From: Candidatus Omnitrophota bacterium
GTDB taxonomy: Bacteria > Omnitrophota > Gorgyraeia > Gygaellales > Profunditerraquicolaceae
DNA: 64,000 bases
NCBI GenBank assembly: GCA_043800555.1
Contig: JAZDMX010000002.1
Span: 668 to 64,667 of the forward strand
Direction of reading: 5' to 3'
Each line of letters starts with the position of its first letter. Within the stretch, counting starts at the first letter, position 1. The position numbers and the translations under genes were made by a program. The notes under the pieces were generated by a model. The model was not told the DNA's origin and ran no database searches. It saw only the letters and a program-made list of their open reading frames with translations. Positions 12,001 through 19,304 of the stretch are shown here, piece by piece.

Positions 12001-15000
12001 TGGCCAAAAAGCGGCGCAACGCTAATCTGATCTTTTGTGTCTACCTGAATATTGACAGGCACTTGGGAATCATCAAGGAATTTATGCGTCTCCAGGTCCA
12101 GCCCAAAAGCAATAATCCGGCTGGCAATATTGCTGGCGGCAGAATCAGAAGAACCTGTTGTATTTTCCGGAATCATATAGGGGCTTAACAACGGCAACCA
12201 TTTCGATGGGACAACAACGTTGTTATCAACGGCAAAACATAAGACCTTATCGACATAAGTAACCGGGACCTTCTGCGGTTTCCCGGTGGAATCATTCGGA
12301 AGGATACCGCCGATAATCTTGCTGTTTTGGCTGATTATTTCATTGAAAATTTCGAACTTGGAATCATTAACGACGCGGCCAACGGGCCGGACCACAGAGG
12401 TGATCTTAAATGTCGCGCCAAAATAATCGCTATCCATCACATCCTTGACAATGGGCTTTGCCGCCTGCTGCGGGTAAAAGACGCGCATCTTAGCCGAAGT
12501 GCCTTTAAAATCCGGGCCATTAGGAGCCATATGAGATATCAATTGGTCGCCTTTGATTGTGGCGCGGCCAATGGACATGCCGGAACTGGCTATAAGAGTA
12601 GTCCCGGAAACGCCGGTTAAAGGCGCCGCCCTAAATGCACGCGGGTCAGAATCAGAGCTTCCGATTTCAAAAGGCAAAACTCCCTTATACATAATCCCGT
12701 ATTGCTTATCAAAGTAGCGCACATAAAACCGGTAACTATCTCTGGTAAAACGGATATCGCTTCCCTTGGCTCCCTTAACGGCATCGGGGCTGGAACCCGG
12801 GATATAGGGCATCAACGAATTGTTGACCAGCAAAATACCTTGCTTCTTGCTTGGATCAACAGACGCCTCAATGCCCCAATGAGCGCCCTGCGCCCATATC
12901 CCCTGAATACCGGCTTCCAGGGATTTCTTTCCGGACATTACCGTCTTAAGGTAATGTGGTTTATTTTCAGCCAATACCGAAGAGAACTCTCCATTGCCCT
13001 TACCGAGAAACTCTACGGCGATGCTGCCATTATTATAATTGATCCGCTGGCCTATCCTTGCCGAGAATTCCCCTGTTAAAAGCTGCGCTTTTTCTGAACC
13101 CGAAACCGAAAAGATTTGATAATCCTTATCGGCCAGAGGGATCATCCGGCTATAGTCGCTGCCTGATGCGCCTCTCAACGGCCAAGCCCAGTTCTTCGGA
13201 TCCAGGTCCAACTGGCCATGTTGAATCGGCACGCCCTGCAGGCGCTCAAACAGATACCCGGCTGCGGTAACCGGAGCGCGTGTCGCCCCGGTTACAATCG
13301 TTCCGTCTAAAACTGCCGGCCCGACTGTGCCGCTAGGAGCTATTCCCCAAGGGACGCCTTTTGCGGTAAATTCAATAAATCCATCGCCTATAGCCGCACC
13401 GCTTTCCGTTTTCGACTCAAGATTTATAATCGCGGCTTGGCCCCGCACCGCAGTAGCTGCGTTTGTGCTCTTGCCCTCCGGCACAGCTAACGCGGCAGCG
13501 TCAATAAACGTCAAAGCGGATTTCGTTAATACAAGAGGCTTGCCGTTGTAGAGATATTTTGCGTCCTCAGCCTTTGATAAAGGCACATTAACGCCATTAT
13601 TCGTAATAAGCGTCGCGCCTTTTGCGCCCAGGAAAAGATTAACAATCCCGTCTGTTGAACGCTCGCTATCCAACATCGCCCCCACAGGCACTTCATGATA
13701 AACTATTGCCTTAAGGCCATTCTGGTTACGCGCAATAGAGCCTGTTATTTCGACTTTTTGCCCCAATGTGCCGCTGATATACGCCTTCTGCGGCTTGGTT
13801 TCTGAACGCCACATGCCGTCGGCGCCTATTGAGATACGCTCTTTGATCCCATAGCTAAACTTTACAGGCATCGGCCCTCTATCGGTTTGGGCCAAAGCCC
13901 CAACCATATCGCCCCTATTATAGTAACGGTCATTGGCAATGGGCCTAAGCGCGCCATTCATCATATTAACCTTACCGTTTTCAGGAATAATAGCCACCAG
14001 GTTCTGCTCTTTGGCAATCTGCCAATCAAGCGTAGCTAATCCGGGTTTCAACGAAGAGATATCGGTTTTATCGCTGCCGCCGGCGCCGGGCACCAGATAA
14101 TCAGAAGGCGCTAAAGCAAAGAGGCGCTTAACACCGTCGTAGCCTTCTCCGCGGGCAGGCTTGCCGTCTTTTGTGGTCGAGGTAAGAGTAAAACTGCTTG
14201 TCGGCAGGAGTTGGCCGTTGGCAAGTTTAAGCGTGGTTCTTCCTGTTTCCATATCCCACGCGAATCCTCCGGGCGCTTCCCCGGAAACTTTGGCTCCAGA
14301 AACAAGGATATTGTTTGCTTCCTTCTTCAAAACCGCGCTACCGGACAATCCTTCAACTCTTATAGCGGAAGGATCCGTAATAACGTTCCAAATAGAATGG
14401 CCGCGAGGCCCAAGGGCATTGACAATACCGCCCTGGCTCTGCCACATCAAGGCATTCAAACGGTCGCCGGAACCAATCACATTATAAAGGTTCCCGGAGG
14501 CTACCTCAAAAACCTGATTGGCGCGCGCTACGCCAAAACCAAATGCCGTATCCAGCTTTCCGGCAGCCACTTGTTCAGCCTCCTTTTGCAATCCAAGGCT
14601 CTTAAACATAGCGGCCGCGGTATCTTTAGTAATATGGGTATTATCGAGGTATGCCCCATCCAACATCCATTGGCCTGACCAACGGTGCCAAAGCGGCTGG
14701 AAATTCCCCATAATGTCTTTATGCGAAGCGCTGTTTGTAACCAAGGCTCCTTCGATATTTCCTCCATTGGCGCGCACAACAATCTTCTGGCCATCGGATG
14801 CTACAATGCTAAGCCCATCTTGCAAGAATATTTCTTCGCCGGGCACAGGCTTTCCGGAGGCATAAACATCCAAAGATACGGAAGCAAGGCCGAGATCAAT
14901 TAATTTATTTTTCCATTTATCCGAAGTAACGACCCTCCTGTAAGCCTCCTGGAAATCTAGCTGCGCGTCGTTAGCGCTTAAACTTGCCGCCGCCATTCGA

Positions 15001-18000
15001 ATCTGATTCTTAATCTCTTTCCATTCACTTAACTGCTGCGGGGTCGGATCTTTATGCCAGATGTCGTTGGTAAGGGCGCCGGTCATGGTCCAGCCGTAAT
15101 TCAACCCTTCGGCCCCGGGCACGATAGACAAGCCATAATCAGAGCTTCCCAACGGCCTTATATACCACTTGGCTAAACGGGCAAAGGAAGAATCGCTGTC
15201 GCTAGAGCGTAAAATATCCGGGGTAATCCCGAGAGCTTTATAAGTCCTGGCGCTAAAACCTGCGGCCCCCAAAGTAGCCACTCCCAATATATCCCTTAAA
15301 GTGCTCGAGCTGAATACCCCGTCTAAGGCGTTTATCAACGGAGACGCCGGAGCCTGTAACCCGGCATTAACAAAACTGCTGCCAATGGCTACCCCGGGCT
15401 GAACGCTTTGGGTAATATTATCGAAAAACAGTTTGTTTTCTTTAATTTCAATCTCGCGGTTAGACTTTAACTCGCCGTTATCCTGGTATAAATTTTCCTT
15501 CCAGCTCGTATATCCGGAACCATTCGCCCAGTAATTACCGGTTATTACCGAAAGGGCTTTTGCGGGGCCGTTCTTATCTATTACGGTTTGAATCTGATTA
15601 GTTTGGTTAAATACGAGGTTGCCCCATTTGTCCTCGATGCTTAAATTATCAAACCTGGTCGCGGATAATTTATCGGTGTTTGAATACAATGTCAGCCTGC
15701 CGGACTGTAATACCGAATCGGCGTCGCGATAAGTGGTCATAAAGCTTAGCGGCAGGCCAAATACTTCCCGGAAGCTGGAAACTACCCCGATAATGCCCTC
15801 TGTGTTCCTTATGGCTCCGGATTGGTATATGTCGTGGGCCAACTGGCTCCATCCGGCGATAAAGCTGCTCTGCTGGCTTGATTTGGCATTATACAAAGAG
15901 AAGGTCCCGTTGCCGTTACTGACCCAGATATTGCCCGCCGCATCCATATACTTTAACCCGGAACGCACATTATTGCTCATAAAGATTTTGGCGTCACTGG
16001 AATCGCTGATCAGAATAAGGGTGGTTATCGTGCCGTCTTTTAAGGCCAAGCTCACTGTTGAACCGTTTCCTGTGGTTATGCCGTAGAATGAAGTTGAGGA
16101 CATCTGCTGCCGGAGCAATTCCTGCGTCTGCGGGGCGAATGTCGAGGTTAAGCTGCGCATATAGGATATTTCTCCCAACGCAGACTGTTCGCGCCCGCTA
16201 TATCCGAAACTAAGGGCATTTAATGAATCTCTGTATAAGGCATCGGTTACGCTGCTTAAGAAGCCCGTCTCAGGGATAAATGCCGACGGGGCCTTTGTTG
16301 AATTCAACGACTGGATATCCGTAGTCAAGGGCGAAAGCAAGCTCTCGGCCAAGCCCCTGATTGCGGCAGTTCCGGCGTCTGTCAGGTATGCTGCCATAAC
16401 CGCGGTCATATTCGGATTGTTCTTGAGTATTTCGGATTCTACTTTAGCCGCGCCTATAGCCAGAAAACCGGACAGCAGGCCCCGACTAATGCTCTGGTAT
16501 ACAGGCGTCTTGTCAAAATAAGAGCCGGCAACGCCTCCTATCCCTGAAGATATTGCCGAAACATACGGTAAATTATCCAAATCTTTGGAATTAAGCCCGA
16601 TTAGCCCGGGGTTACGGGTAATTATTTCTGCCGCGCCGCTGCCGATTAAACCGGAAATCAGCCTGCCTTTAGTTAAATCCCATGTTGCGCTGCCATAACT
16701 TAATATTCCGGCTTCTGTCAGATTAGGGTTATTTAAATTAGTTGCGTATATTTTACCGGCTGCCGTATCCACATACTGGCCGTTATAATTATAGAGTGCC
16801 CCGTTAACCGCGGTATTAACAGCCAGGCCCGCGGTATTGCCAAGATACATAGCAAGCACATTACTGTTAACTCCGAGGTCTGAAGCCAGCCGCGTAGCGT
16901 AGGTTCCGGCTGCATTCGTTAATGCCCCGCTAATACCGCGTTGCACCCAATGATCCTGGAGCCCGTTTGTTAATTTGCCCAACCCGCCAACCATTCCCAG
17001 TAAAGCTCCGCTGGCAAAAGAAGCGTATAGCTCCGCTTCCCTCTGGTTGACTCCAGTCAGGGTTAATGCGCCTGAAGACAAATAAGCTATTTGGCCGTTA
17101 GCCATACCTTGGAAGACGTTGCCAACGTTAGAGAAAAATCCCGGCGTCTTAACGCTTAACTGGGCGACAGGCGCTGTTGCAGGAGAAGTTAAACTGCTTG
17201 CAGTATACTGGTTCCAGGCATTTACCGCTAACCCTGCGGCTGTTCCGCCTGCGGCGTAAAAATACCAATTATCCCCAAACCAGTCCCCGGTTTTTAATCT
17301 ATTTACTGCCACTCCTGCCGCAGCTCCGGTCAAAGCATATCTTACATATGAGTTCATTCCCGCGTATGTCTGGCTGCTAAACCAACCCTTAACCGGGCTG
17401 GAAACATATTTGCTATATTCTTTAATCTTCTGCGCGTATGAAAAGATTATCGAAGTAGGGTCATTCCAGGAGCTCGCTACATAATTTGCGCCAAGCCCGG
17501 CAAGCGCTCCTCCGGCAGCATACAAATACCAGGAGTCCCCAAACCATTTTCCGGTAGTCAGGCTGTTAACGACGATTCCGGTAACAACTCCGGTTAAGGC
17601 GTATCTGGCATAAGAAGGCATCCCGGCGTATGTCCCGGTGCTAAACCAGCTTGAAGCTACGCTGGAAAATCCCGCCATCGCTAAAGACACCCCTACGCTT
17701 ATTGCCAAATCTTTCACAAAAGCAGCCTCGGCTTTATTGCGTAAAGAAGAAACTTCGCTCTTTAAACTATTCAGGGTTTTTTCTCTGATATACTGTATCT
17801 CGGCTGCGGAAGCATGCTTATTCCAGACAGACGGGGTGGTCGCCCCCAGGATCTTCTTGCTCTCTGAAACAGGTAATGCCTGTAAGCCATCCGGCAGAAA
17901 GCTGACCAGGCAATAACCGCTGAAACCGTTTAAGAATTTATCTTTCGGCAGGAACTCTTCCCTGTGATTGTCGCTAAAGTAAACCTTGTCTCCGGTTACG

Positions 18001-18701
18001 CGGGTAACCAGGACGTAATGATCGCCGTTTAAGTGGGCAATAAAAGGAGCTAAAGATTCCAAACCGCGGGTATTGGATTCTAAAGCAGTATCGATTTTAA
18101 CCGGGTAAAGTTTTTGGCCAAAAAATATGGCTGCCTGGGACAAAGCGTAAAGGGAATTCTTGATGACCTTGGGGTTGCCTTCCGGCTTGATGATATCATT
18201 TAGTATATCTACGGACAAAACAAATACCGCGATATCCTGCTCTTCAACCTTAACCCCTTTATAGCTTAAGAAGTCATAAAGGGCCTTGGAACCGCAAGGC
18301 TTGCCCAATAACCAGTTATAAAGCTCATCTATCCTCTGATTGGACATTTTCAGAGGCTTGTCCAGGTTTATAGTCAGGTTATCCGAGATTTTTATGGCTG
18401 TTACCGGTTTATTGGCTATATCTTTGAGGATTCTCTTTACTGCTTGAGGGATATTGACATTTTGGACATTTTGAAGGTAATTCGGGGCTATTATACTGCC
18501 GGAGGGAAGGCCTATAGCCGGTTTACTCCAGAGCACGCGCCAATCGTATTCTACTGCTTGCGCTGCCTGTTCAGGCAAGAAGACCGCGGCCACAATAAAA
18601 GCTACCACGCGAATCCAAGCCTTGAAACTAGAGTGGAACTTTTCCTTGGATTTTTCTTGGATAACTTTCCGGTCTTCTGTCTGTTGCTTTTGCTTTATCA
18701 T
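1..18701 (-). CDS. Giant multidomain secreted protein (>=6,233 aa, truncated by window edge): signal peptide, peptidase C39, Gly-rich membrane regions, SecA-like ATPase, HExxH metallopeptidase, cargo modules
   Basis: ATG at 18701 (MIKQKQQTEDRK...). Manual translation stays open to base 1 (...YLTRKNGNKANIKEQTWIT). The track lists no closed ORF in this frame, as expected with no stop in the window. Motifs: KPCGSKAL, GDHYVLV, YFSD; SGGGKT, DEFH, ASGT; PHEITH. Confidence 0.95.
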   Translation of the reverse strand, partial: MIKQKQQTEDRKVIQEKSKEKFHSSFKAWIRVVAFIVAAVFLPEQAAQAVEYDWRVLWSKPAIGLPSGSIIAPNYLQNVQNVNIPQAVKRILKDIANKPVTAIKISDNLTINLDKPLKMSNQRIDELYNWLLGKPCGSKALYDFLSYKGVKVEEQDIAVFVLSVDILNDIIKPEGNPKVIKNSLYALSQAAIFFGQKLYPVKIDTALESNTRGLESLAPFIAHLNGDHYVLVTRVTGDKVYFSDNHREEFLPKDKFLNGFSGYCLVSFLPDGLQALPVSESKKILGATTPSVWNKHASAAEIQYIREKTLNSLKSEVSSLRNKAEAAFVKDLAISVGVSLAMAGFSSVASSWFSTGTYAGMPSYARYALTGVVTGIVVNSLTTGKWFGDSWYLYAAGGALAGLGANYVASSWNDPTSIIFSYAQKIKEYSKYVSSPVKGWFSSQTYAGMNSYVRYALTGAAAGVAVNRLKTGDWFGDNWYFYAAGGTAAGLAVNAWNQYTASSLTSPATAPVAQLSVKTPGFFSNVGNVFQGMANGQIAYLSSGALTLTGVNQREAELYASFASGALLGMVGGLGKLTNGLQDHWVQRGISGALTNAAGTYATRLASDLGVNSNVLAMYLGNTAGLAVNTAVNGALYNYNGQYVDTAAGKIYATNLNNPNLTEAGILSYGSATWDLTKGRLISGLIGSGAAEIITRNPGLIGLNSKDLDNLPYVSAISSGIGGVAGSYFDKTPVYQSISRGLLSGFLAIGAAKVESEILKNNPNMTAVMAAYLTDAGTAAIRGLAESLLSPLTTDIQSLNSTKAPSAFIPETGFLSSVTDALYRDSLNALSFGYSGREQSALGEISYMRSLTSTFAPQTQELLRQQMSSTSFYGITTGNGSTVSLALKDGTITTLILISDSSDAKIFMSNNVRSGLKYMDAAGNIWVSNGNGTFSLYNAKSSQQSSFIAGWSQLAHDIYQSGAIRNTEGIIGVVSSFREVFGLPLSFMTTYRDADSVLQSGRLTLYSNTDKLSATRFDNLSIEDKWGNLVFNQTNQIQTVIDKNGPAKALSVITGNYWANGSGYTSWKENLYQDNGELKSNREIEIKENKLFFDNITQSVQPGVAIGSSFVNAGLQAPASPLINALDGVFSSSTLRDILGVATLGAAGFSARTYKALGITPDILRSSDSDSSFARLAKWYIRPLGSSDYGLSIVPGAEGLNYGWTMTGALTNDIWHKDPTPQQLSEWKEIKNQIRMAAASLSANDAQLDFQEAYRRVVTSDKWKNKLIDLGLASVSLDVYASGKPVPGEEIFLQDGLSIVASDGQKIVVRANGGNIEGALVTNSASHKDIMGNFQPLWHRWSGQWMLDGAYLDNTHITKDTAAAMFKSLGLQKEAEQVAAGKLDTAFGFGVARANQVFEVASGNLYNVIGSGDRLNALMWQSQGGIVNALGPRGHSIWNVITDPSAIRVEGLSGSAVLKKEANNILVSGAKVSGEAPGGFAWDMETGRTTLKLANGQLLPTSSFTLTSTTKDGKPARGEGYDGVKRLFALAPSDYLVPGAGGSDKTDISSLKPGLATLDWQIAKEQNLVAIIPENGKVNMMNGALRPIANDRYYNRGDMVGALAQTDRGPMPVKFSYGIKERISIGADGMWRSETKPQKAYISGTLGQKVEITGSIARNQNGLKAIVYHEVPVGAMLDSERSTDGIVNLFLGAKGATLITNNGVNVPLSKAEDAKYLYNGKPLVLTKSALTFIDAAALAVPEGKSTNAATAVRGQAAIINLESKTESGAAIGDGFIEFTAKGVPWGIAPSGTVGPAVLDGTIVTGATRAPVTAAGYLFERLQGVPIQHGQLDLDPKNWAWPLRGASGSDYSRMIPLADKDYQIFSVSGSEKAQLLTGEFSARIGQRINYNNGSIAVEFLGKGNGEFSSVLAENKPHYLKTVMSGKKSLEAGIQGIWAQGAHWGIEASVDPSKKQGILLVNNSLMPYIPGSSPDAVKGAKGSDIRFTRDSYRFYVRYFDKQYGIMYKGVLPFEIGSSDSDPRAFRAAPLTGVSGTTLIASSGMSIGRATIKGDQLISHMAPNGPDFKGTSAKMRVFYPQQAAKPIVKDVMDSDYFGATFKITSVVRPVGRVVNDSKFEIFNEIISQNSKIIGGILPNDSTGKPQKVPVTYVDKVLCFAVDNNVVVPSKWLPLLSPYMIPENTTGSSDSAASNIASRIIAFGLDLETHKFLDDSQVPVNIQVDTKDQISVAPLFGQLGTRLVLTGTGKVGEQAILNNPAGSRYVSTLEAIDGRAVQSWEGTSEGVQVQQSARERIVNAPVSSNDNSGSGIILTARGVNAPVLAFEPDSNGSAANPQGGSWKTISLKWDGLPAMSLKSSGSKEPLQLSIAKNADKTDIPGVWEAALSRDHAVDVPLADLKGHLLSLDNSSNETVSGKRISSDRLFSFGATDPSARLNNKVRLDEGSLPVSINPDNMQSRLMTQDAGTQFTAVQGIKLGNQEVSSGKYISTIDIKAGGASGRGELTHTFTGSLPGTAVKLASGEYQLMSDGQWAKMELASIGGPAGGLSIPDNVAASLKIIAGSFGQIGGWLTYASGEIANLAGAKNDSAYYLRQSKEFTAEGLAQLGYFDAKAGRYLEKGIDAGFATLFTGATAFGSGADYLLGYMTGINTLKQWGNEAWTRTNLHAIRSIPGLFYSEPTRKSIYGYLEENGSIRVDRVGDNSQDWDLIDPGTGFKIKASEAGGLGSLKAGIEEGNYLINNGYAASGLYELAIAYLGKAGMTAIELGVLKNAGFSITNSSIQFAAVSDVLANQISYMSSGKALTFGQDALINFSFINPAVTQSVALTVGIPNAVSAGRSVYDNRSKINSVANFGESVWNGFLPRDANFALVAAGLTGPLGKSIAAGEGYALARSVFSQSALWGQVNAITGASLAALNGDGQRITASNVLTSYAQGAANGAIFGAIFGASSAIVNLSSASAISNMIKEYPLISSIAIGAGAFPLAKTIIESESSDQDFLSRLASNSNLLNYARGAVIGLGAWYGLKTGMITGSGLDRFGYGFAVGATAKAGVNLTGDLITGNTKPLRAYIMDAVSGGFLGGLTALYIGKQGMEITRNLKTFGGAGALQETKVLGILNLSKAVGPELLYNRALAGAIEWTAVSPAFTFGGALWNGVFYKAGLLDVHSDSAKGWLMVERGLGKDKNGSFKPVYGPLTMTDILQSAVTGPRSGLWMKPMIEVFQMKTSKAPALTSGGLFEKIINIGRLGLEKSGLQKNAADGIVFKAINPTAGALGRAISFGKWIDSSVIWMPGFVSGVDKAVALADSVLANAAGIQLDARPLKDLQTGKQGSVNINGKEIPLFSVNGYLSGGEKEAFKWLPFFMAPSLEPSLIDRAGATALSREDFYAFKGILRENGGNFEQAVAKMTGFSSAVKDNFIKFAHDNLGEPEGVTRAVLEGQANFIWDKGNNFKKAFDAVLKGNQEGVIGYLNDFVAQRNSYPSEGIKTEALADNGPQVQTEINKIKELSSNHGNYVLVRKVVDASIINFRSGTGLLDFATSDEAARVSKAAIGDTTDIAFRFPGRKDIILKLGIDRAIKTKALDSLFESARKSGSLIKGIELGEIWRDGLTDNLKKRFETTLTANLSAITDKAVKREYVSSVMSEVESLAYQRAQGKEPAITGKYKDYFHARERRISAYLEGADLSRIHQLQLSELGLLKKGLVDAYNAQDKKTAFGKIKDFYPDSKGSSKALESTWGLIGEYVRAAKITTPITDLDGFVKLAPNAILKELVDNVSAAEYRRQIKRFENLSAALEALRALRNILNAGITADTLNTEAGAVNNLLGELSTVCSNKDYARLSAAKENTASLIEIAGGLLYGRLEGENTVELKARNRLGRFIDSIQAREGSLFSKALEKIKDSPLANEKITFSVEQLSEYSSEIGRFYSMKDMEKAASGFNIGALTLTQDLKVGIKEGASLDDVIKLQPIVDSINAYLGKIIFQDGSLFIAGLRPDAFIAQNIKSNKEGRNNESEIYGIVIASALKYMEGKFGKGFSRDTAEGQLRMIVGLSKGGSVQQSSGGGKTFAFPVEMALLAALKAEGIGGKLVYKNNEVLVIKNSDEMGQALSSGVKANELNNAEFLGQFGLEIKNGDALDNETDSGKLKDVLRDAKMITVFSMDKFGHLRNRTDDPDLMRAIYNHDVVRFDEFHIPFSDKTTFISSYGAEKLVDKSPAKISRAEEVFGIIEPLFENGTISRETGIEEARANKKASFYEQNGVTVISRQALDILKDRGIGKEEVGAYLAARDAQSQGNFTVLGNKIVPSNRGEAQAKKVFSEEGFLAAIYARVAAQKEKLGYSGKDISLIKNNLEISKSSSQATLSEMLRFKKNASIAGASGTMESVRSMLLFNIGNRVLTAHESKGLETAEIMPLNAKDINLAVTKGLIVFVKDRDARAAIKANLEGKGLTVTEIKEGTSAGDILDISKRIGEDRLIVLSNERGATGIDYKGAFDLIVADAHNWTSSDLIQAINRNNRSLREDIEEGKRLVYYEDGKLSVDNLDTRTMKKIEEIGAIGKFIPQAVGEGDGDYYRRKVEYSSKAKEALETSDALVFQVREAAMSRGIIEKLKTMVVQANTLGDTGLSSRLQELLKEAIEHKESYKVVISETGQAPEVRIRMALEEVALKAEDIFQKVVNEPNAPDFLRSNARSVLAEAARILDKYDSIAYNDKASFQDASGLLGVAEVAKSPEGLQKSVLPDEIRNSNFDSSHPVVQIIENARFNTADAPRGQTGELSLEARQKILGQLEAARLANGVRGSPDALINTILPYTPQSSPFYQVLEGFRNQANAIQANNVNYFDYLQNMVEQINAYIYPTDENSAGYNFIPTFEKFSFNRFKLADALVALVDPNYTYDSLASAAGAYRLLTPGAQQAALFYESGKEALLRAYLRNPAYFVKGLLAGSGSQMFYLYNSVINRENAFGRRAAADYQKANAAFTREITSLSKIANQNDSVTAASKLRGLLEKSPDIFNNTGTDLLGFYAIFSSYRLFTQDILAQDKALRDYLTELTEKRDLSSAEQDILSFFGASSSLSNFTDMFFKEATTLADFAGINSRYSAELKKQLEKNPSMEKYAKRIKSIGEYFPSGDSLAAGGLPDGLQESFETFTDNMQDQLDYSAPAQGMLRTYLYDRYYRSYKMMQKAILDVGKAEVNVIPVITGEKGALLIDNTPSTVTISSLFSQGQDYLPADMNSARTIAAYRNLRKVAAQEGGAGIFYTPYFRAEMLRRQALGLIALSGSLIAARDGKTKEIQEAALTGELGAGFIKQYLHKITSKLESYLNKLEQESVNKPQDEKEETAVKIARARDVIANIGSAGNLQGVYGALGKELQLIFRLDEEIEKASANTYEGDYGLADSTISEYGYNINLNSRLLLDEQGGLRPGWRGDLLTVIIPHEITHTLLDAIGHIAGLSDLEIGNAANEEIVDSIVEKNELGSLMPFRRFEFGGGGAKTDLSSPAGQAMLRELRLSKAQTLAAQAPLEVFVHPALPGWEVTVEQRAVFGGEAYSRPYGSWNFATQEGADHFAGIKRAELSGEQTDKASSSLVTSLQAQKPEGLSSSAPLAQKPVVAKASSNRQFEDIGGIKGEILRGIHMDYLRDSLSIGIENKGHLIERLAGAGMPTSHIGIANYQDAANICFSLSESYDYLLPGGFADQYNAYRHGARELTAGMDNFDGRVTLIISRAKVEGEGGVLNTEGRLINVSNAREKGVLSPNVIIGIIVNRIFADQVFEITRGTGKDRLPVFDIEGNLIKEEDVPQIHGTDAYKKWYATRKPVVEKEMAGSKSKKLLEVIREAFNIKSQDPNEINAGFVGKVKGIIGNIDTKFGKAEWGALKARLQKAGKEAGPVVSFIESLIMQSMKQQPSASGQRPLSPTLKALTEYIEQGGWVAASSPLAQKQVIIAEAVKAALAVGGSGGGSIGKGVLGEGNGPGGSQREVPLPLTEKKETALPASSPVTIPNTASSSTPVGSLVGAISSSSIVNPVNPAMLPGLNARLKVVSSPLSLITSNGKLHLAGLAPPAGSLTDSYSKLVSGFRQIRAQISAVVAEAVSNLANVLRSLAGSRSAISRDGEAGQGAEGASGNTGNLAQGAGKDVGAAVRTYTAAKVIPGPETAKTSGAKSASSSITAKAGISGSATSNPTISSSPAVGLKTWIYTFIQITAREKMIELLSSGTKKFGMKDTPENRKKFEGYLTRKNGNKANIKEQTWIT
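17220..17648 (-). repeat. Two intragenic 55-aa repeats in the giant protein (17484-17648 and 17220-17384)
   Basis: WFSTGTYAGMPSYARYALTGVVTGIVVNSLTTGKWFGDSWYLYAAGGALAGLGAN vs WFSSQTYAGMNSYVRYALTGAAAGVAVNRLKTGDWFGDNWYFYAAGGTAAGLAVN; starts are 264 bp apart. Confidence 0.9.
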
Positions 18702-18836
18702 TTTATATTTATATTTCTATATACACAAAATGCAATATAAAAGTTTCCCCTTACCCCATCACTCTTCTTAGATTGAATGAGAAAATTCTTCATATTGGTT
18801 TTATAAAGCGTTTATTAAATACTTTACTAAGCCGCT

Positions 18837-18886
18837 AAAAATAAATCCGAGCTGTCAAATATATCGTCGGTATTTCGGCAGCTCGG
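18837..18886 (-). terminator. Intrinsic terminator forming the riboswitch expression platform
   Basis: Minus strand CCGAGCUGCCGAAAUA...UAUUUGACAGCUCGG followed by AUUUAUUUUU. The 5' arm is the 3' end of the aptamer. Confidence 0.75.
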
Positions 18887-18975
18887 CTATCCTTTGATAA
18901 TCCCGATGTTTTAACTTCTCTTAGGACCCGTAGCTTTGCGTCCTCAAATTGCTCTGAGTTTGCCATTTCGTTAGT
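18874..18975 (-). ncRNA. c-di-GMP-I (GEMM-I) riboswitch
   Basis: Minus strand CGAAAUGGCAAACUCAGA-GCAA-UUUGAGGACGCAAAGCUACGGGUCCUAAG...GGAUAGCCGAGCUGCCGA. It has the GGCAAAC, GNRA loop, GACGCAAAGC, CUAA and GCUGCC hallmarks. Confidence 0.93.
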
Positions 18976-19003
18976 TGTTGTTGGTTGTTCCAATCACAAC
19001 CAG

Positions 19004-19031
19004 AGTATAACACACAGCTCGTCGCTGTCAA
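19004..19031 (-). promoter_or_regulatory. sigma70 promoter for the riboswitch and giant gene
   Basis: TTGACA-N16-TATACT with TGn extended -10, about 30 nt upstream of the aptamer. Confidence 0.75.
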
Positions 19032-19104
19032 GAAGAAATTCCACTTTTTTTGGTAGCGCTTTCCCGGTCAAAAACCCCCTGTTTTTACTGCACTTTTAAA
19101 TGCA

Positions 19105-19256
19105 AAAAAAGGGGGACGTTTCTACTTTTCCGGCAACTTGAAGCGTGAAAAAGGGGGACGTTTCTACTTTTCCGGCAACTTGAAGCGTGAAAAGTAGAAA
19201 CGTCCCCCTTTTTCCCACCAGAATGGACAATATTTTAAAAGTAGAAACGTCTCCCT
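19105..19256. repeat. Cluster of the palindromic REP-like element: 42-bp tandem duplication, full copy 19148-19213, extra half copy
   Basis: AAAAAGGGGGACGTTTCTACTTTTC-loop-GAAAAGTAGAAACGTCCCCCTTTTT. Confidence 0.9.
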
Positions 19257-19304
19257 CTTAGAATGGACATTAGTAAGAGAGTTTTAGGGCAGAATGGACA
19301 ATAA

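Noticed and set aside
257-18740. Dozens of short plus-strand and off-frame minus-strand ORFs in the track
   Set aside because: They are antisense or alternate-frame shadows of the single giant minus-strand ORF, with no motifs.
18874-18975. cGAMP-sensing GEMM-Ib riboswitch with Hypr-type GGDEF
   Set aside because: The aptamer has G at the G20-equivalent position, and the GGDEF protein keeps Asp rather than Ser at the specificity site.
19105-19300. Possible CRISPR array
   Set aside because: The two intervening sequences are identical (42-bp tandem duplication), units are inverted halves of a dispersed palindrome, and no cas genes are present.
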